From assembly GCA_965248695.1 (NCBI GenBank), contig CBDFKD010000002.1, forward strand, positions 64,001-128,000: 64,000 nucleotides of DNA, given 5' to 3'. The notes beneath the pieces were generated by a model. It saw only the letters and a list, made by a program, of their open reading frames with translations. It did not search any database and was not told the origin of the DNA. Positions within the stretch are counted from its first letter, which is position 1, and the number at the start of each line of letters is the position of its first letter. A program made the position numbers and the translations under genes. The DNA comes from Acidobacteriota bacterium. Lineage in GTDB: Bacteria > Acidobacteriota > UBA890 > WLXD01. Shown here one piece after another: positions 29,454-39,720 of this stretch.

Positions 29454-31190
29454 ATGAAGAGCAGGGACCGTGAGCTCGGGGTGGATCGTGAGATCACACG
29501 ACGCGACTTCCTTGACGGTGCCAGCGTAGCAATCGGCGGGGCGATGTTGTCTTCTCATGGGGCAGCTAGCGCCGAAGTAGCACAGGTGACTCAAGGCGGC
29601 ATTCGAGCCGGTGTGGATACCATTTCTGAGGAGAAACAAACTGCTATCGACTGGATAGAAGACAACGAGAAAATGCTCTCGGACTTCGACAAGAGGATCT
29701 GGCGCTACGCTGAACCCGCGTTGAGAGAGTACAAATCAGCTAGAGCGTACGTCGAGTTGCTTCGAAGTCAGGGCTTCAATGTGGAGGAGGGAACCGGAGG
29801 CATGCCAACGGCCTTCTTGGCCACTTATGGCGGGGGCAAACCGGTGCTCGCGTCCTTCGCCGAATACGATGCGGTGCCCGGGAGCAACCAGGCGGCCGTG
29901 CCATATGAGAAGTTGAGGGACGAACGTCTTCATCCATACGCGCCTGGGCACACCGACCCTCACTCAGCTCTCGGCGTCACGGCGCTGGCTGGCGTCCTCG
30001 GGGTCAAAGCGGCCATGGAGAAGCACGGGCTGCGCGGCACCATCAAGTTCTTCGGCGAGCCCGGCGAGAAGATCTGCGTCTCGAAGCCTTACCACGCCGC
30101 CAAGGGATACTACGACGGCATCGACGCCAGCATCCTGTTTCACCCCAGGAGCGTGAACCGGGTGCTCTGGGAGACCCAATGGGGGTCCTACTGGAACGTG
30201 GCGTTCACCTTTGAGGCCGACGAGCCCGAGAAGTGGTTCTCGCCGGCGGGGAGAGTGGGAGGGCCCTCTGTGCCAATGTGGTACAGGCCGAACCCCGGGG
30301 CCCTCGACGCGGTCACCATGATGTACACCATGACGAAGTACACCAAAGAGGCCATACACCCCAGGACTGCCGGCTGGACGATAACCGAGTACATCTCGAT
30401 AGGGGGGCAGAGCACCACGGCCCCCCCCCTGATAAGCGAGATAACCTACGCCTTCAGATCCCCAACCCTCGAGATGCAGGAGAGGACGCATGAGTTCCTC
30501 CGCAGAAACGCCAAGGCTGTGGCGGAGGCGACCGGATGCAGGGTCACCGAGCGCATCGTTACCAAGACCCGCGTAGGTTTGTTCAACCAGACCATGGCGG
30601 AGCTAGTGCACAGAAACCTCCGGTTGATCGGCCCTGCAGTGTACGGTGATCAGGCCAGGGAGTTCGGGAGGCAAATCCAGCGCAACCTCGGGCTGGAGCC
30701 GATGGAGGATCCTTTCACGGACAACTGCCAGAGGCTGATGACGCTGGAGGAGGGCGAGGAGATGCAGCGGAGAGCTCTGCCCGGGTGGGTAGAGAACTAC
30801 GGGTCGGACGACCACGTCGAGTACACGTGGCACGCCCCCTCGGTCCGCCTTGAGGCGGCGAAGGCCGTTCTGAGGCCTGCCGAGGGCTTCCGATACCCGC
30901 GCTGGGCGCGGCTGGCGATGACCGGTGAGCCGAGCACGATAGATCCCATGATCCTCGCCGGAGGCAAGACAATGGCCACCAGTTTCGTCGAGCTGCTTTC
31001 GGAGCCCGGGTTGCTGAAAGGGGCCTGGGAAGAGTTCAACGACCGGACGGGGGGCGGCATAGGCGGCTCCAAGTGGGTCGCACCCCTGCTACCCCCAGAC
31101 CTGGATCCTCCCATAGACATGAGGTGGCCGGAGTACATCAAGACGGAGCGCGGAGAGGAGTGGTGGATACCCACACCGAGAAAAGAGTGA
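29454..31190 (+). CDS. M20 amidohydrolase (AbgB-like) with N-terminal Tat signal
   Basis: ITRRDFL twin-arginine leader; GMPTAF, AEYDAVPG, GHTDPH, FGEPGEK and GSDD; GAGGAGG RBS. Confidence 0.88.
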   Translation: MKSRDRELGVDREITRRDFLDGASVAIGGAMLSSHGAASAEVAQVTQGGIRAGVDTISEEKQTAIDWIEDNEKMLSDFDKRIWRYAEPALREYKSARAYVELLRSQGFNVEEGTGGMPTAFLATYGGGKPVLASFAEYDAVPGSNQAAVPYEKLRDERLHPYAPGHTDPHSALGVTALAGVLGVKAAMEKHGLRGTIKFFGEPGEKICVSKPYHAAKGYYDGIDASILFHPRSVNRVLWETQWGSYWNVAFTFEADEPEKWFSPAGRVGGPSVPMWYRPNPGALDAVTMMYTMTKYTKEAIHPRTAGWTITEYISIGGQSTTAPPLISEITYAFRSPTLEMQERTHEFLRRNAKAVAEATGCRVTERIVTKTRVGLFNQTMAELVHRNLRLIGPAVYGDQAREFGRQIQRNLGLEPMEDPFTDNCQRLMTLEEGEEMQRRALPGWVENYGSDDHVEYTWHAPSVRLEAAKAVLRPAEGFRYPRWARLAMTGEPSTIDPMILAGGKTMATSFVELLSEPGLLKGAWEEFNDRTGGGIGGSKWVAPLLPPDLDPPIDMRWPEYIKTERGEEWWIPTPRKE

Positions 31191-31236
31191 ATTCTCGGGA
31201 CACCTGGCCAGGGTCCGTGAAGACGGGAGGTTCAGA

Positions 31237-32361
31237 ATGATGATGAACCGCAGAATGCTCCTTGCGGCAACGATGGCGGCCATGGGAATGAGGCACAGCG
31301 CGTTCGGATCGGATCCGAAGTCGCAGGGCTACTTCGTACCAGCGGAGGGGTCGCCCCACACCCGCACCTGGATGTGCTGGCCGTCGGATCCATCGGTCTA
31401 CAGCTCCAAACGGCGATGGAAAGCGCGATCTCTCGCAGAGCATCGTAGCTATTTCGAAAGCGTTCAAGAAACGATCGGCAGACTCGCGGCGGCGATCGCC
31501 GAGCACGAGCCCGTCACCTTACTCGCGGAGAAGAAGCATCACGCACTGGCCTCGAAATTGTGCGGGCCCAAGGTCCAGCTGCTCGACATCCCGACGGACG
31601 ATATCTGGGCGCGGGATTCCGGTCCCGTGTTCCTCCGGAACGGTAAAGGCGGTATCGCGATACTCGATCTCAATTACAACGGTTGGGGCGCCAAGACACC
31701 GCGGATTCAAAAAGACAGCCGTATTTCCGCGGCCATCGCCGAGAATTTGGGCTGTCCGTACTTTAAGGCAGACATCGTCGGCGAGGGAGGTGCGGTCGAG
31801 TTCGACGGCGAAGGCACGATCATTCTGAACGAGAGCTCCTGGGTCAACGACAATCGCAATCCGGGAAAAACGCGCGACGAAATCGAGGCCGCCCTCAAAG
31901 CGGGCCTCGGTGTGGAGACGGTGATCTGGCTCCCCGGGGTGCGCGGGGGCGTCACGGACGATCACATCGACGGCTCGCTCCGGATCGTGCGCCCCGGCGT
32001 TTTGATAATGGGGGGTCGTATCGGCGGCACGTCGGAACGGGGACGTGCCCGTGCCGAGGCGAAGAAGATCCTGTCGAAGACGAAGGACGCGAGGGGTCGA
32101 TCCTTCGAGATCACCCACATTCCGAGCGCCGTGGACGTCCGATCGACTGAGGAGTACTTCTTCACCGGATACGCTAACTACTACGTCGGCAACGGTGCCG
32201 TCTTTACGCCTTCATTCGGCGATGCCAAAGCCGACGCATACGCCGTCGAGACGCTCGGTCGCCTGTTTCCCGAACGACGTATCGTTTCTTTGGACGTCGA
32301 TCGAATCTACGAGAACGGCGGGGGCATCCACTGCGTGACGCAACAGCAGCCGGCCGCGTAG
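31237..32361 (+). CDS. Agmatine deiminase family protein, Tat-exported
   Basis: WARDSGP, GEGG, TDDHIDG, YANYY and GGGIHCVTQQQP; NRRMLL leader. Confidence 0.92.
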   Translation: MMMNRRMLLAATMAAMGMRHSAFGSDPKSQGYFVPAEGSPHTRTWMCWPSDPSVYSSKRRWKARSLAEHRSYFESVQETIGRLAAAIAEHEPVTLLAEKKHHALASKLCGPKVQLLDIPTDDIWARDSGPVFLRNGKGGIAILDLNYNGWGAKTPRIQKDSRISAAIAENLGCPYFKADIVGEGGAVEFDGEGTIILNESSWVNDNRNPGKTRDEIEAALKAGLGVETVIWLPGVRGGVTDDHIDGSLRIVRPGVLIMGGRIGGTSERGRARAEAKKILSKTKDARGRSFEITHIPSAVDVRSTEEYFFTGYANYYVGNGAVFTPSFGDAKADAYAVETLGRLFPERRIVSLDVDRIYENGGGIHCVTQQQPAA

Positions 32362-32592
32362 CAGGAGCTCAGCCCGAACGCTCGAAGAGACAGCCGTGTT
32401 GCTTCCCTGAACTGTGAAAGTCAAGAGTTGATCTGACAGACACCGCTGGTCGCGCATCCTTCGCCTCTAACGCCGGGCCCTTAGGGCCCCCGCTCCGTTC
32501 ACTGACTCGCCCCGACTCGCCGCCGTTCGGTGCTCCCCACCTCTCGTGAAGTGAAAACGACGTCCGACGCGCACCTCGGAGCGACCCCGTCA

Positions 32593-32686
32593 GCACGCAG
32601 TTACGCCGTCATGCCCGATGGCGATCTTTTCGTCATGATCCGGCCTGCCGCGACGACGGAGCGGAGGGTCAACGTCGCGCTCAACG
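32593..32686 (+). pseudogene. Possible C-terminal remnant of a kinase/PD40 beta-propeller protein
   Basis: RSYAVMPDGDLFVMIR...VNVALN resembles the YDVxPDGxRFLM...VVLNW tail of such proteins. Confidence 0.35.
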
Positions 32687-32857
32687 GATCGGTGCGTGAA
32701 GCGCGGGTGCAAAGCCGGTCGCTGCTCTGGATTTCATGGAAGGACATGTCCTTGACAGGAGCGGAGCGGCATCTAGGATCGACAGGAACTTCAGAATGAT
32801 TTGAACACCTGTTGAAAGAGTGTCTTGGACGGCTAGGAACCAGGAACGGCCCGAACC

Positions 32858-35110
32858 ATGCCACACTCGAAAACCGCACTACCGACGACGAACTGGCTCT
32901 TGCAGGCCGCGTTGGTGATGTCCGTATTTATTGCCGTGATCTTCATCCCCGCGGCGCTCGCTGCGCAGGACAGCGACGCCGATCAGGAGGCGATGGCCTC
33001 GTGGGTGGCACTCGACGTTACTACGGGGTATGAGACTCGTGTCGCGTCAGATCTGGCTGCGGGTATGTCCGGGTGGACGGTCGACCAGTGGGGGAACCTC
33101 GTGAAGCGGGTGGGTTCCGGGTCCCCGCGGCGCGTCGTCGCCTGCGCGCTGGACCGTCCCGGTTACGCGGTGACTCAGATCACCGACGACGGATACCTCC
33201 GGGTCCATCGCATTGGGAGTCGAGGAGGCTCGCGCCACCCCCTGTGGGACCAGGCGTTCGAGGCCCAGCAGGTTCGAATCCTCACCGAGCAGGGTCCAGT
33301 CGCTGGAGTCGTTGCTCGGAGCAACGGCCACTTCGCACGGCAACACCGGGACGAGACCTGGGTTGTCCGCGCCGACGACCTCTGGGTGGATGTTGGTGCG
33401 GAGTCTGCCGACGGCGTTGCGGAGCTCGGGATCGGTCTCTTGGACCCCGTTTCCAGACACCTGCCCCCGTGGACCATCTCTGGAGCGGTGGCTGGTCCGG
33501 ACTCCGGACGCCGCGTGGGCTGTGCCGCGGTGGCGGCACTGGCCGAGATCGCTGAGCGCGGTGACGCCGCCGGGGGAGAAACCCACTTTGTCCTGAGTTC
33601 CCAGGAGGTGTTCGGTTGGGTGGGACTGTCTTCATTGATCGCCCGCGGCGGGCAATTCGATGGATTGATCCTGGTGGCCCCCGGCCAGTCCTCTCGCGTC
33701 GTTCAAGAACGCCCTGCCAGATCTCTCGGTCGGGCTGGGGAGGTTCTCTCCGCCAGGGGTCTGTCCTCGTTGACCTGGATCGCTCCGGAGGTCGGCTCGC
33801 CCGGCTCCCACATGGAAACGATCCGCGTCGAAGAGGCCCTCGCGGTGCTGTCGGCGACCGCAGCGGCTGCCGGCATGAGCCTCCCGACCGGCTTTTCGTG
33901 GGTTCCCGCGCCCGCACCAGCGCCCCTCCGCACAGGTCACATGGACGTCTCACTGACGCGAATCGCTTCTGTCCTGGAGGCGCTGATTGAGCTTCATGGC
34001 GTCTCGGGCCACGAGTGGTCGGTACGACGTTTCGTGCTCGAATCGCTCCCGGAATGGGCCCGGGATCGGGCCGTCGTGGACGACATCGGCAACATTATGG
34101 TTGCGGTGGGACCGGAACGAGACACGACAGTCTTCATGGCGCACATGGACGAAGTGGGTTACGAGGTCGGATCCATCGCACCGGACGGTATCGTCACACT
34201 GGCCCGCAAGGGCGGCGCAACATCGTCGGCCTGGGAGGGCCAAACCGCACTCGTCCACTTCGATCCTGCCGGAGCGCCAAGCACGCGTACGGGGGATGGG
34301 ACCGACATCGATCCCCGCTGGAAAGCCGCGTCTCTTTCGGCATCGGCGCCCGAGCCGCTCCGGGGTGTCTTCCTGTCACGGCACGAGGCGGACGAAAGGA
34401 CCCCGGGCACGCTGACGGCCTGGTTCGGCCTCAACGGCGCGGCGCTCATGGAGCGCGGCGTGCGGGTCGGCGCCATGGTGACGAGTCACAAAGAAGGCCT
34501 GCGCATGGGACCGACCCGGTTCACCGGGCGTGGTCTGGACGACCGGGCCGGCACTACCGCCATGATTCTTGCTGTAAACGACCTGAACCCCGATCAGCTT
34601 CAGAGTCAGGTGATATTCGCATGGTCGGTGCACGAGGAAGGGGCGGCGTTCGGACGGGGGTTCGGTTCGCCGCCGTACCGCTTCACGCCGAGCCCGATCC
34701 AGTCGGTAGGCCTGCAAGGCGCCCACGCCATGGCTCGTCGTTTCGCGGCGACCACACGCAGGATCTATTCAGTAGACACGTTCGTGACGTCGGACACCCC
34801 CCTGGAGTCGCCCCACTTCGCGTACGCGCCCCTCGGAAACGGTCCCGTATTGAAGGCAATCCATGGCGCCTCAATTTCTCCGGATCGCGAACGTGCGCGG
34901 GTGAAACGCATCGCTGCCGCCGCGGGCATCCCTCTCCAAATGGCCCTCGTTCAAGGCAGTACCGACGGGACTCGGTTCACTTTCTGGGGTGCACCGAACC
35001 AGGGACTCTCCTGGCCCGGCCGATACAGTCACTCCCCGGGCGAGACGCTGGACCTACGGGACCTGACCCTCCTCGCCGAACTGATCGCCGCAGTAGCCAC
35101 CGAACCGTAA
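32858..35110 (+). CDS. M42/M20-like metallopeptidase with tandem duplicated domains, secreted
   Basis: C-terminal half has GVSGHE, AHMDE, LDDRAG, HEE, SVD and YSHSP; N-terminal half is homologous but degenerate. Confidence 0.85.
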   Translation: MPHSKTALPTTNWLLQAALVMSVFIAVIFIPAALAAQDSDADQEAMASWVALDVTTGYETRVASDLAAGMSGWTVDQWGNLVKRVGSGSPRRVVACALDRPGYAVTQITDDGYLRVHRIGSRGGSRHPLWDQAFEAQQVRILTEQGPVAGVVARSNGHFARQHRDETWVVRADDLWVDVGAESADGVAELGIGLLDPVSRHLPPWTISGAVAGPDSGRRVGCAAVAALAEIAERGDAAGGETHFVLSSQEVFGWVGLSSLIARGGQFDGLILVAPGQSSRVVQERPARSLGRAGEVLSARGLSSLTWIAPEVGSPGSHMETIRVEEALAVLSATAAAAGMSLPTGFSWVPAPAPAPLRTGHMDVSLTRIASVLEALIELHGVSGHEWSVRRFVLESLPEWARDRAVVDDIGNIMVAVGPERDTTVFMAHMDEVGYEVGSIAPDGIVTLARKGGATSSAWEGQTALVHFDPAGAPSTRTGDGTDIDPRWKAASLSASAPEPLRGVFLSRHEADERTPGTLTAWFGLNGAALMERGVRVGAMVTSHKEGLRMGPTRFTGRGLDDRAGTTAMILAVNDLNPDQLQSQVIFAWSVHEEGAAFGRGFGSPPYRFTPSPIQSVGLQGAHAMARRFAATTRRIYSVDTFVTSDTPLESPHFAYAPLGNGPVLKAIHGASISPDRERARVKRIAAAAGIPLQMALVQGSTDGTRFTFWGAPNQGLSWPGRYSHSPGETLDLRDLTLLAELIAAVATEP

Positions 35111-35188
35111 CGGCTCTCACTGCGAAAGCCGAGGCGTTGAAGAATAGGAAGAATAAGAGGCCCGTTCTAGTTGATATTGGCAACCGCT

Positions 35189-35216
35189 GGCAAGCGGTTC
35201 ACTGTGATGGCCTCGA
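35189..35216 (-). pseudogene. Second tiny SpdH-like remnant, cut by an IS end
   Basis: 35189-35218 is 29/30 identical to 29145-29174 and encodes IEAITVNRLP. Confidence 0.55.
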
Positions 35217-35401
35217 TGACCTGCCCCAAGTGTTTGGGCCACTTCGTAACTCATAGAATCGGTACTGGCAAGAGATTGTTGGAGCTGGCGAAGCGGAGCG
35301 TAGCCGGCTGCAACAACGTCGCTTCGGGTGCAGGCGGTCGATAGCCCAACGAGCTATGGGGCCGCACCTGGTTGTACTGGCGGCGCCAGCGGTGCACCAA
35401 G
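35217..35401 (-). mobile_element. IS3-family element A, 185-bp end fragment
   Basis: Identical to 38902-39086; starts TGACCTGCCCC. Confidence 0.9.
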
Positions 35402-36252
35402 TGACCTGACCCCGCGGTTAGTACCATGTCTTATCTCAGTAACTCGGTGCTGACAAGAGGTTGTTGAGGCCGGCGAAGCGGAGCGCAGCCGGCTTCAACA
35501 ACGTCGCTTCGGGTGCGGGCGGCCGATAGCTCAGCGAGCTGTGCGGTCGCATGCGGTTGTAGTGCTGACGCCATCTCTCGATCAGAACCTTTGCCTCCTT
35601 GAGCGTGTAGAAGATCTCTCCATCCAGCAGCTCGTCGCGTAGCTTGCCGTTGAAGCTCTCCACGTAACCGTTCTCCCACGGCGAGCCCGGCTCGATGAAC
35701 AGCGTCCCCACGCCCAACCGGCCCAGCCAGTCGCGAACCGCCTCGGCGGTGAACTCTGGTCCGTTATCCGACCGGATGTGCTCAGGTATGCCCCGGTGTA
35801 CGAACAACCTCCCGAGCTGCTCCAGCACGTCCTCAGAGTTGAGCTTCCGTGCTACATGGATCGCCAGGCTTTCTCGTGTGTACTCATCGACGATCGTCAG
35901 CAGCCTCATAGCCCGACCGTCGTGCGTCCGGTGGTGCAGGAAGTCATACGCCCAGACATGATCCCGGTGCTGTGGGCGCAGCCGGATGCAGGAGCCATCG
36001 CTCAGCCACAGCCGTGCTCGTTTGGGCTGTTTTCTCGGTACTTTCAGCCCTTCGCGCCGCCAGATACGCTGCACTCGTTTGTGGTTCACGGACCAGCCCT
36101 CCATGCGCAGCAACGCTGTCACCCTCCGATATCCGTAGCGCCCGTACTGTCGGGCTAAATCCACGATCCGCTCCGTCAAAATCTGCTCCTGTTGCGGCTC
36201 TCTTGGCACGTACCGGTGTGTCGTGCGTGGTTGTTTCAGTACCCGACACGCC
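35402..36252 (-). mobile_element. IS3-family element B, 851-bp partial copy
   Basis: Matches 36253-37103 and 37104-37954 (same translated ORFs, 851-bp offset). Confidence 0.92.
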
Positions 36253-37137
36253 TGACCTGACCCCGCGGTTAGTACCATGTCTTATCTCAGTAACTCGGTG
36301 CTGACAAGAGGTTGTTGAGGCCGGCGAAGCGGAGCGCAGCCGGCTTCAACAACGTCGCTTCGGGTGCGGGCGGCCGATAGCTCAGCGAGCTGTGCGGTCG
36401 CATGCGGTTGTAGTGCTGACGCCATCTCTCGATCAGAACCTTTGCCTCCTTGAGCGTGTAGAAGATCTCTCCATCCAGCAGCTCGTCGCGTAGCTTGCCG
36501 TTGAAGCTCTCCACGTAACCGTTCTCCCACGGCGAGCCCGGCTCGATGAACAGCGTCCCCACGCCCAACCGGCCCAGCCAGTCGCGAACCGCCTCGGCGG
36601 TGAACTCTGGTCCGTTATCCGACCGGATGTGCTCAGGTATGCCCCGGTGTACGAACAACCTCCCGAGCTGCTCCAGCACGTCCTCAGAGTTGAGCTTCCG
36701 TGCTACATGGATCGCCAGGCTTTCTCGTGTGTACTCATCGACGATCGTCAGCAGCCTCATAGCCCGACCGTCGTGCGTCCGGTGGTGCAGGAAGTCATAC
36801 GCCCAGACATGATCCCGGTGCTGTGGGCGCAGCCGGATGCAGGAGCCATCGCTCAGCCACAGCCGTGCTCGTTTGGGCTGTTTTCTCGGTACTTTCAGCC
36901 CTTCGCGCCGCCAGATACGCTGCACTCGTTTGTGGTTCACGGACCAGCCCTCCATGCGCAGCAACGCTGTCACCCTCCGATATCCGTAGCGCCCGTACTG
37001 TCGGGCTAAATCCACGATCCGCTCCGTCAAAATCTGCTCCTGTTGCGGCTCTCTTGGCACGTACCGGTGTGTCGTGCGTGGTTGTTTCAGTACCCGACAC
37101 GCCTGACCTGACCCCGCGGTTAGTACCATGTCTTATC

Positions 37138-38022
37138 TCAGTAACTCGGTGCTGACAAGAGGTTGTTGAGGCCGGCGAAGCGGAGCGCAGCCGGCTTCAA
37201 CAACGTCGCTTCGGGTGCGGGCGGCCGATAGCTCAGCGAGCTGTGCGGTCGCATGCGGTTGTAGTGCTGACGCCATCTCTCGATCAGAACCTTTGCCTCC
37301 TTGAGCGTGTAGAAGATCTCTCCATCCAGCAGCTCGTCGCGTAGCTTGCCGTTGAAGCTCTCCACGTAACCGTTCTCCCACGGCGAGCCCGGCTCGATGA
37401 ACAGCGTCCCCACGCCCAACCGGCCCAGCCAGTCGCGAACCGCCTCGGCGGTGAACTCTGGTCCGTTATCCGACCGGATGTGCTCAGGTATGCCCCGGTG
37501 TACGAACAACCTCCCGAGCTGCTCCAGCACGTCCTCAGAGTTGAGCTTCCGTGCTACATGGATCGCCAGGCTTTCTCGTGTGTACTCATCGACGATCGTC
37601 AGCAGCCTCATAGCCCGACCGTCGTGCGTCCGGTGGTGCAGGAAGTCATACGCCCAGACATGATCCCGGTGCTGTGGGCGCAGCCGGATGCAGGAGCCAT
37701 CGCTCAGCCACAGCCGTGCTCGTTTGGGCTGTTTTCTCGGTACTTTCAGCCCTTCGCGCCGCCAGATACGCTGCACTCGTTTGTGGTTCACGGACCAGCC
37801 CTCCATGCGCAGCAACGCTGTCACCCTCCGATATCCGTAGCGCCCGTACTGTCGGGCTAAATCCACGATCCGCTCCGTCAAAATCTGCTCCTGTTGCGGC
37901 TCTCTTGGCACGTACCGGTGTGTCGTGCGTGGTTGTTTCAGTACCCGACACGCCCGCCTCTCCGAGACGCCCAGCCGCCCCCGTACATGTGCCACCGCCT
38001 CTCGCCGCCGAGCTGGGCTCAG
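37138..38022 (-). CDS. IS3 transposase OrfB (DDE)
   Basis: YGYRR, WAYDF, IRSDNGPEF and PGSPWENGYVESFNG; GGGAAAC at the orfA junction. Confidence 0.93.
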   Translation of the reverse strand: MSPARRREAVAHVRGRLGVSERRACRVLKQPRTTHRYVPREPQQEQILTERIVDLARQYGRYGYRRVTALLRMEGWSVNHKRVQRIWRREGLKVPRKQPKRARLWLSDGSCIRLRPQHRDHVWAYDFLHHRTHDGRAMRLLTIVDEYTRESLAIHVARKLNSEDVLEQLGRLFVHRGIPEHIRSDNGPEFTAEAVRDWLGRLGVGTLFIEPGSPWENGYVESFNGKLRDELLDGEIFYTLKEAKVLIERWRQHYNRMRPHSSLSYRPPAPEATLLKPAALRFAGLNNLLSAPSY

Positions 38023-38297
38023 AAGTTTCCCTCCGCCACTTCCTTCAGGATCGACAGGTCGAGTTCCTTTTCCGCCACCAGCCTCTTGAGCCGGGCATTC
38101 TCCTTCTCCAGTTGCTTGAGCTTTCTGGCCTGGTTGAGCTTCAGTCCGCCGTACTCTCGCCGCCACCGGTAGTAGGTGTGCTCGGTGATTGCTAGCTTGC
38201 GGCAGGCATCCTTGACCGTCGCCCCTCGAGCCAGCTCCACCTCAGCCTCCCGGAGCTTGCGTACGATCTGCTCGGCGCTGTGCCTCTTACTCGGCAT
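38019..38297 (-). CDS. IS3 transposase OrfA (duplicate at 38432-38710)
   Basis: HTH plus leucine zipper (EQIVRKLRE...TYYRWRREYGG...LEKENARLK). Confidence 0.93.
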   Translation of the reverse strand: MPSKRHSAEQIVRKLREAEVELARGATVKDACRKLAITEHTYYRWRREYGGLKLNQARKLKQLEKENARLKRLVAEKELDLSILKEVAEGNF

Positions 38298-38776
38298 TCT
38301 GACCTCCCGTTCTTGACCCAGATCGTGAGATTACATCCGGATCCGTTTTCGGGGGTCAGGTCACGCCCGCCTCTCCGAGACGCCCAGCCGCCCCCGTACA
38401 TGTGCCACCGCCTCTCGCCGCCGAGCTGGGCTCAGAAGTTTCCCTCCGCCACTTCCTTCAGGATCGACAGGTCGAGTTCCTTTTCCGCCACCAGCCTCTT
38501 GAGCCGGGCATTCTCCTTCTCCAGTTGCTTGAGCTTTCTGGCCTGGTTGAGCTTCAGTCCGCCGTACTCTCGCCGCCACCGGTAGTAGGTGTGCTCGGTG
38601 ATTGCTAGCTTGCGGCAGGCATCCTTGACCGTCGCCCCTCGAGCCAGCTCCACCTCAGCCTCCCGGAGCTTGCGTACGATCTGCTCGGCGCTGTGCCTCT
38701 TACTCGGCATTCTGACCTCCCGTTCTTGACCCAGATCGTGAGATTACATCCGGATCCGTTTTCGGGGGTCAGGTCA

Positions 38777-38897
38777 CAGCCTCCCGGAGCTTGCGTACGA
38801 TCTGCTCGGCGCTGTGCCTCTTACTCGGCATTCTGACCTCCCGTTCTTGACCCAGATCGTGAGATTACATCCGGATCCGTTTTCGGGGGTCAGGTCA
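38777..38897 (-). mobile_element. IS3-family element B, 121-bp end fragment
   Basis: Matches the last 121 bp of element B, including the IR. Confidence 0.9.
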
Positions 38898-39720
38898 TCG
38901 ATGACCTGCCCCAAGTGTTTGGGCCACTTCGTAACTCATAGAATCGGTACTGGCAAGAGATTGTTGGAGCTGGCGAAGCGGAGCGTAGCCGGCTGCAACA
39001 ACGTCGCTTCGGGTGCAGGCGGTCGATAGCCCAACGAGCTATGGGGCCGCACCTGGTTGTACTGGCGGCGCCAGCGGTGCACCAAGCACTGCGCCTCCTT
39101 GAGCGTGTAGAAGATCTCGCCGTTCAGCAGCTCGTCTCGGAGCTTGCCGTTGAAGCTCTCCACATAGCCGTTTTCCCATGGCGATCCGGGCTCAATGAAC
39201 AGCGTCTTCACACCGATTCGCTCGAGCCATTCACGCACTGCCCGAGAAGTGAACTCCGGTCCGTTGTCGGAGCGGATGTGATCGGCAACACCCCGGTTCA
39301 CGAACAGCTCAGCGAGTCGCTCCAGCACGTTCTCGGAGTTGAGCCTGCGTGCTACATCGATTGCCAAGCACTCTCTCGTGTACTCATCCACGATCGTCAG
39401 TAGACGAAACGCTCGCCCGTCGTGAGTTCGTTCGTGCACGAAGTCATAGGCCCAGACGTGATCTTTCCTCTCCGGCCGCAGCCGCACGCACGATCCATCA
39501 TTGCGCCACCAGCGTCCGCGCTTGGGCTGCTTTTTCGGTACCTTCAGCCCCTCACGACGCCATAACCGTTCGACCCTCTTGTGATTCACTCGCCACCCCT
39601 CACGTACCAACAGCGCCGTGATCCGCCGGTACCCATAGCGCCCGTACTGCGTCGCCAGCTGGGTCATCCGCTCCACCAGTGCCTTCTCCTCCTGCGGCAC
39701 CTTGGGCCGATACTGTGGAG

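Larger units (their letters stand above)
37104..38363 (-). mobile_element. IS3-family (IS407-group-like) element B, intact, 1260 bp
   Basis: IRs TGACCTGACCCC at both ends, orfA/orfB, flanking CGCC duplication. Confidence 0.95.
36253..38776 (-). mobile_element. IS3-family element B copy split by insertion of another B copy
   Basis: Left part 36253-37103 and right part 38364-38776 overlap by CGCC, a 4-bp target duplication. Confidence 0.85.

Noticed and set aside
32400-32580. Possible IS end or attC-like sequence
   Set aside because: No partner inverted repeat or convincing paired R boxes found.
35436-37129. Two independent 280-aa transposase genes
   Set aside because: Their starts are created by the adjoining IR; they are truncated OrfB copies without OrfA.
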